Positions 59,657 to 64,000 of a stretch of 64,000 nt of DNA are shown in pieces. The stretch is from an uncultured SAR116 cluster alpha proteobacterium. Its GTDB lineage: Bacteria > Pseudomonadota > Alphaproteobacteria > Puniceispirillales > Marisalimonadaceae. Position 1 is the stretch's first letter, and every line of letters begins with the position of its first letter. Made by a program: the position numbers and the translations under genes. The notes below the pieces were generated by a model that saw nothing but the letters and a program-made list of their open reading frames with translations, was not told the origin of the DNA and did not search any database. The DNA is taken from NCBI GenBank assembly GCA_902517275.1, contig CABYBQ010000002.1, positions 977 through 64,976 of the forward strand, read 5' to 3'.

Positions 59657-60805
59657 TTAATTATATGCATTTGGCATACCAGCATCTTTTAAACCTGATG
59701 CTCTATTTTCAAGCCATTTTTTCTTAAAAGCATCACCAGATAAGTTTGCCTTTAAAGTTTTCTGCCAAGCTTTAGCTAAGACATCCTGTCTTTTTATTAA
59801 GTTTGCGTTATGTTTGTCATGCTTTGATGTCCAAACACCTTTCTTTTTGTAAAACTTAACTGCTCCTGGATGATATGGAAAAATCCAACTAAAATTTTGA
59901 TTTGACAATTGATATCCATCCATTCCTGGTCCAGAATCTTTAAATTGGTCGTAATTATCCATAACAGCTTCAGTCAAATGATATGATAAGTCTTCAGAAG
60001 TTGTTTCCATTGTGACAAAAATTGGATAAGGATAATTCATTCCTTCAAAAGATTTATTACTATCAGAAGATCCTACAAAGTTTGTTACAACTGCTTTAGC
60101 AAAATGCGGAGCTGTAGCTATTGCTCTTTTCCAACTTACTTCATCGTTATGTGGCATTGGTGGAAAGAAAAGACCTCTAGGTGAGGCATTCGTTTTATTA
60201 AAAATACTACTTACAGAAGAACCCATACTTGCATCTGCTTGACCATTTATAACTGCATTAGCCGATGCTCCGTAACCAGAAACCTCTACCTTAACAACGT
60301 CATCCCATGTTAGGCCACCAAACGCTAAAAAACCTGCCATGTTCCCATTAAGAGCTGGAGATCCTTTTACCCAAGTAACTCTTTTTCCTTTTAGATCAGC
60401 CATTGTTTTAATGTTTGCATCAGCAGCAGTAGCTACTGTTTGACCATTTCTTCCAATATTATTGAACATATTGTAAACTTTCATTGGTCCCCATTTTTTA
60501 TCTGCAAACATAAACACGCCCTCTTGCGCAAATAAACTAGCTATTCCACATGCGCATATTTCTGCTTGTCCTGCCTTAAGTGGAACCATTCTAGAAACAT
60601 CATTTTTGCCGGGAATTATTCTTAAATCCGTACCATAATTTTTTTTAAGCATTTGGCCAATACCAACAGATTGAGCATAACCCGATGAGGTTGTTCCGTA
60701 TGCAGTCCAAGAAATGTTTTTAGGTAATTTATCAGCAATAGAATTTGATACATTAAAAGAAATTACTAAAGCTAAAAAAGAAAAGTAAAAACAAAATTTT
60801 TTCAT
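59657..60805 (-). CDS. TAXI family TRAP solute-binding protein
   Basis: Signal peptide, WTAY..SSGYAQ, DLKGKRV, PYHPGAVKFY; GGAGG RBS; upstream of the fused permease. Confidence 0.92.
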   Translation of the reverse strand: MKKFCFYFSFLALVISFNVSNSIADKLPKNISWTAYGTTSSGYAQSVGIGQMLKKNYGTDLRIIPGKNDVSRMVPLKAGQAEICACGIASLFAQEGVFMFADKKWGPMKVYNMFNNIGRNGQTVATAADANIKTMADLKGKRVTWVKGSPALNGNMAGFLAFGGLTWDDVVKVEVSGYGASANAVINGQADASMGSSVSSIFNKTNASPRGLFFPPMPHNDEVSWKRAIATAPHFAKAVVTNFVGSSDSNKSFEGMNYPYPIFVTMETTSEDLSYHLTEAVMDNYDQFKDSGPGMDGYQLSNQNFSWIFPYHPGAVKFYKKKGVWTSKHDKHNANLIKRQDVLAKAWQKTLKANLSGDAFKKKWLENRASGLKDAGMPNAYN

Positions 60806-60905
60806 ATTAATTCCTCCATCTTTTTAATATTAATATAAGATTACATCTTCTTTTTAAATAATCAAATTGATACTGGTAAATTTATAATAAAAAAAATTAA
60901 GATAA

Positions 60906-61637
60906 CTAAATAATAAGAAGTCTTATTGCTAAAAAGATTAATACTAATTGGAAAATTCTCATGAATATTTTGTTACTAATTTTCAAAAGCAATAACTGAC
61001 CGATTCTACTTCCAATTAATGTTGCTGGTAATATCATTAAAAAAGTATCTATATACTCAAAAAAAGAAAATCCAATAAATGTAAACCCTATTATTTTTAT
61101 TAAATTACCAATTAATCCAAAATAACCTAAAGTACCCACAATAGATTTTTTTTCTGAAATGCTTTGTTTTACAATAACAGCCAAAAGAGGAGCAATTACA
61201 CCCACTAATATATTTAAAATCCCTGTAAAAAATCCAACTATTAAATATACATTTGTAGGGACTTTTAAACTGTCTATAATTTTTAAATTCTGAATTCCAA
61301 GTGCAAGTAATATAAAAAATCCAATTAAATTTTTAATATTATCACTATCTATATTTTGAAAAATTTTAAGACCTATAAATATTCCAATAGGTAACAATAA
61401 TGAAAACTTAAATATTATATTCCAATTTACAAATTTCCTTAAAAGCCATGTTCTTGTTATATTTGAAGTAAATTGAATAACTCCATGTACTGGTATTGCT
61501 TCTGCTGGATTCATAAACTGGAGCATAGCAGCTAATAGTACCGTACCTCCTCCTGCGCCTGCAATAGATGTCATTAGAGCTGTAAAAAATGAAAGTACTG
61601 TTAGAATAAAATTTTCTGATAAAGATAATTCAAGCAT
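60906..61637 (-). CDS. TauE/SafE (sulfite exporter) family membrane protein
   Basis: SIAGAGGG, AIPVHGVIQ..SN..R; about 8 TM segments. Confidence 0.9.
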   Translation of the reverse strand: MLELSLSENFILTVLSFFTALMTSIAGAGGGTVLLAAMLQFMNPAEAIPVHGVIQFTSNITRTWLLRKFVNWNIIFKFSLLLPIGIFIGLKIFQNIDSDNIKNLIGFFILLALGIQNLKIIDSLKVPTNVYLIVGFFTGILNILVGVIAPLLAVIVKQSISEKKSIVGTLGYFGLIGNLIKIIGFTFIGFSFFEYIDTFLMILPATLIGSRIGQLLLLKISNKIFMRIFQLVLIFLAIRLLII

Positions 61638-61750
61638 TTTATATAAATAGGTAAAATATAATTAAGAATAAATTTAATTTGTAAAATTTTGACAATATTT
61701 GATAAAATAAAATTATTAAACAAATAAAAATAATTGCGAGATTTTTTAAA

Positions 61751-61978
61751 TTGAAAATCAAAGATCAAGTTGTAATCAATTCTATAAATAATGATGACAA
61801 TAATCTTTGCATTGATTTCTTCATAAGAAACAATAATACTTTTGGTTATCAAGAATACAGAAAAGATCCAGAAAATATTTCCGAATGGTATAGAATTGGT
61901 AATTATGATTATAAGGTTTTTTTAAATAAAGACGATGCTTATCATGACGCAAAGAAAACTATTGTTTGGTTTAAATAA
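61751..61978 (+). CDS. Small hypothetical protein with a conserved-looking motif
   Basis: CIDFF.R..TFG.QEYRKDPE...W..IG pattern; TTG start; 3 nt upstream of the next gene. Confidence 0.72.
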   Translation: MKIKDQVVINSINNDDNNLCIDFFIRNNNTFGYQEYRKDPENISEWYRIGNYDYKVFLNKDDAYHDAKKTIVWFK

Positions 61979-61981
61979 AAA

Positions 61982-62908
61982 ATGAAGATTGTTAGTTTAC
62001 TTCCTGCAGCTTCAGAAATAATTTATGATATGGGATTATCTAATTATTTGTATGCTGTAAGTCATGAGTGTGATTATCCAGACTTTATTAAAGGTAAAAA
62101 AAAAGTTACCTCAAGTGTTATACCAAATAGTTTAAATCAGAGTTCAATAGATAAATTAGTTAAAAAATCCGTTGAGAATGATGTCCCACTTTATCAAATA
62201 GATAACGATGAAATACTAAAAATCAATCCCGACCTAATAATTACTCAAGGACTATGTGAAATTTGCTCAATTTCAGAAAATATTATTGAAGCAACTTTAA
62301 AAAATAACTTATGTACTCTATCATCGAAGACCAAAATTATCTCTCTGAATGGAACAACTTTTGAAGAAATTTGTTCAGACATCATGATGATAGGTATTGC
62401 AGTTAATAAAGAGGAAATTGCTAAAAAAATGATCGCCGAAGCGATATACAAAAAAATAAAAGTTACAAGAAAAAAAACAAATAAAAGTATTCTTCTGCTT
62501 GAGTGGATAGATCCTTATTTTACCCCTGGGCATTGGATACCTGAGCAAATAGAGATGGCTGGATTTATTTCAATTGCGGGTAACAAAGGAGAAAAATCTA
62601 TAGAAATTGAAGCTAAAGATATAGCAGACCTGAATCCAGACTTTATTGGTTTAATTTGTTGTGGCTATAACCTTGAGGAAAATAAATCTTTTGCAGAAAA
62701 TATTTATCTTGATGAAAGAATAAATCATATTGAAGCAATTAAAAAAGAAAGAATATTTGCATTCGATTCTAACTCTTACTTCAGCCGACCATCTTTAAGG
62801 ATTTTAGACGGTGTAATGCAGTTGAGTAGTGCTATTTTAGATAAAAATCCTAAATTTCATTGTAAAAAATCAGACTTTATAAATAATAGGAAACTCTCTT
62901 CCTGTTAA
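61982..62908 (+). CDS. Cobalamin/Fe-siderophore binding-protein fold (helical-backbone class), no signal peptide
   Basis: KIVSLLP.ASEI, VSHECDYP, PDLIITQ.LC.IC, LEWIDP..PGHW.PE, YFSRP. Confidence 0.87.
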   Translation: MKIVSLLPAASEIIYDMGLSNYLYAVSHECDYPDFIKGKKKVTSSVIPNSLNQSSIDKLVKKSVENDVPLYQIDNDEILKINPDLIITQGLCEICSISENIIEATLKNNLCTLSSKTKIISLNGTTFEEICSDIMMIGIAVNKEEIAKKMIAEAIYKKIKVTRKKTNKSILLLEWIDPYFTPGHWIPEQIEMAGFISIAGNKGEKSIEIEAKDIADLNPDFIGLICCGYNLEENKSFAENIYLDERINHIEAIKKERIFAFDSNSYFSRPSLRILDGVMQLSSAILDKNPKFHCKKSDFINNRKLSSC

Positions 62909-63667
62909 TTTATCACCAGTTTTAAGCTTAATATTTTCAAAGGGTGGTGAGCCTTTACCTTGTCTATCCACAAAAAAAGCATCATCACCAACAATTCTTG
63001 CTGAAAACACTCTTCTTCTGCTATTTTTGTTAATATTTTCTGAAGCTCCATGAAGTGTTCTAAAGTCAAAAGCAACAGCGTCACCTGCTTTAATATCCCA
63101 ACTTAATATTTTGTAATCTTTTCTATTTGAATTAATATCCGGTACTTCCTTAGAGTTATCATTTTCGTACAAATCATTCCCATTAAATCTTTTGGGCTTA
63201 TGTAATATATTCGATAAATGTGAGCCGGCTATGCACTCTAAACAACCTTCTTTTGAAATGTCATCTAAAGCAATCCAAAAACTGACACTCTTTTTACCGT
63301 CAACACAATAATATGGTTTATCTTGATGCCATGGAGTTACAATAGACGAACCAGGTTCCTTAACTAAAACATGATCATGAAAAAATCTTGATTTTTTGGA
63401 CTTCATTAATTTTGCAGCATAAAATCCAACTTTTGATTTAAAAATAAAATCTTTAAATTCCGGTATTCTATCCCAATTAACTAAATCTTGAAAAAATGAG
63501 GCCGTTCCATCCTCAGGAGTATATGACCTTTCTCTAACACTAGGATTTTGAATTAATTTATCAACACCAATTCTAAGTGGGTCAAGCCAATCTAAAAATA
63601 TTCCTTTACATAAAACTGCACCCTCAGTGGAAAAATCCTCAATTAATGTATTATCTATAAACTCCAT
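62870..63667 (-). CDS. Phytanoyl-CoA dioxygenase (PhyH) family Fe(II)/2OG dioxygenase
   Basis: FFHDHVLVKEPG..TPWHQD.PYY, SFWIALD, TLHGA..RR; ATG 63667 overlaps the 3' end of the upstream gene. Confidence 0.93.
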   Translation of the reverse strand: MEFIDNTLIEDFSTEGAVLCKGIFLDWLDPLRIGVDKLIQNPSVRERSYTPEDGTASFFQDLVNWDRIPEFKDFIFKSKVGFYAAKLMKSKKSRFFHDHVLVKEPGSSIVTPWHQDKPYYCVDGKKSVSFWIALDDISKEGCLECIAGSHLSNILHKPKRFNGNDLYENDNSKEVPDINSNRKDYKILSWDIKAGDAVAFDFRTLHGASENINKNSRRRVFSARIVGDDAFFVDRQGKGSPPFENIKLKTGDKLTGREFPIIYKV

Positions 63668-64000
63668 CCCATTCTTCCACAGGTTGTAATTTACCATCTT
63701 TACCTAATCTTGGTCTGTTCCTAGTAAATGTGTTTTCTGAACCTACAACACCGTAATCCATATAACCTAACCTAACCAAAGGCCTAGCTGCGCTAGCATT
63801 AAAAAGCCCATCTTTAATAAACTTATCGTTTATAAAAATACCAACAACCTGCCCAAATATTACATAGTTTCCCGTTCCTTTGTCTCTATCTACATTTGGG
63901 AGGTCTATTGTTTTCCAATGTTTACATTCAAGAGCAGCAGATGCTTCAGAAACAAATGGTGCAGAAACAAATTTACCTATTTGTGGTTTTAAACCAGCTA
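63651..64000 (-). CDS. Flavin reductase family (DIM6/NTAB) protein, 3' part (start lies outside window)
   Basis: Hand translation ...AGLKPQIGKFVSAPFVSEASAALECK..VIFGQVVGIFI..RPLVRLGYMDY..WDGVYR*; not in the ORF track. Confidence 0.85.
   Translation of the reverse strand, partial: AGLKPQIGKFVSAPFVSEASAALECKHWKTIDLPNVDRDKGTGNYVIFGQVVGIFINDKFIKDGLFNASAARPLVRLGYMDYGVVGSENTFTRNRPRLGKDGKLQPVEEWDGVYR

Noticed and set aside
917-62451. Many 60-105 aa ORFs overlapping recognised genes (e.g. 917-1102, 2632-2892, 5668-5958, 10227-10532, 31349-31663, 43567-43854, 61601-61852)
   Set aside because: They lie inside or antisense to well-supported CDSs and carry no recognisable motif

Overview
Very AT-rich (roughly 30% GC by eye, not computed), densely packed bacterial chromosomal segment read with the standard code. 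Gene content and order point to a streamlined marine alphaproteobacterium (Rhodospirillales/SAR116-like; inference only). About 1-17.5 kb is core housekeeping: cinA-like fragment, map, purB-purC-purS-purQ-purL-bolA-grxD, and a minus-strand run gor, class II DAHP synthase, pncB, nadE, gltX, cysS, trmJ, rpsD. The remaining ~46 kb is a patchwork of catabolic, redox and stress genes: four SDRs, three Fe(II)/2OG dioxygenases, a bicupin, GMC oxidoreductase, CoA-transferase, CitE-type lyase, GSTs, photolyase, MsrA, Hsp20, and ABC, MATE, MFS and TAXI-TRAP transporters. There is one tRNA-Arg(TCT). I saw no integrase, transposase, CRISPR array, rRNA, phage gene, defence system or DNA-binding transcription factor, and I cannot support a single self-contained novel system. 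The best leads are: six small ORFs (34-57 aa) read by hand that are missing from the ORF track; a structured candidate leader upstream of rpsD; a divergent cupin/TauD catabolic cluster; scattered itaconate/citramalate-type enzymes; an orphan HypD; and a signal-less, Cys-rich B12/iron-binding-fold protein. All family calls come from motif recognition, not database searches.
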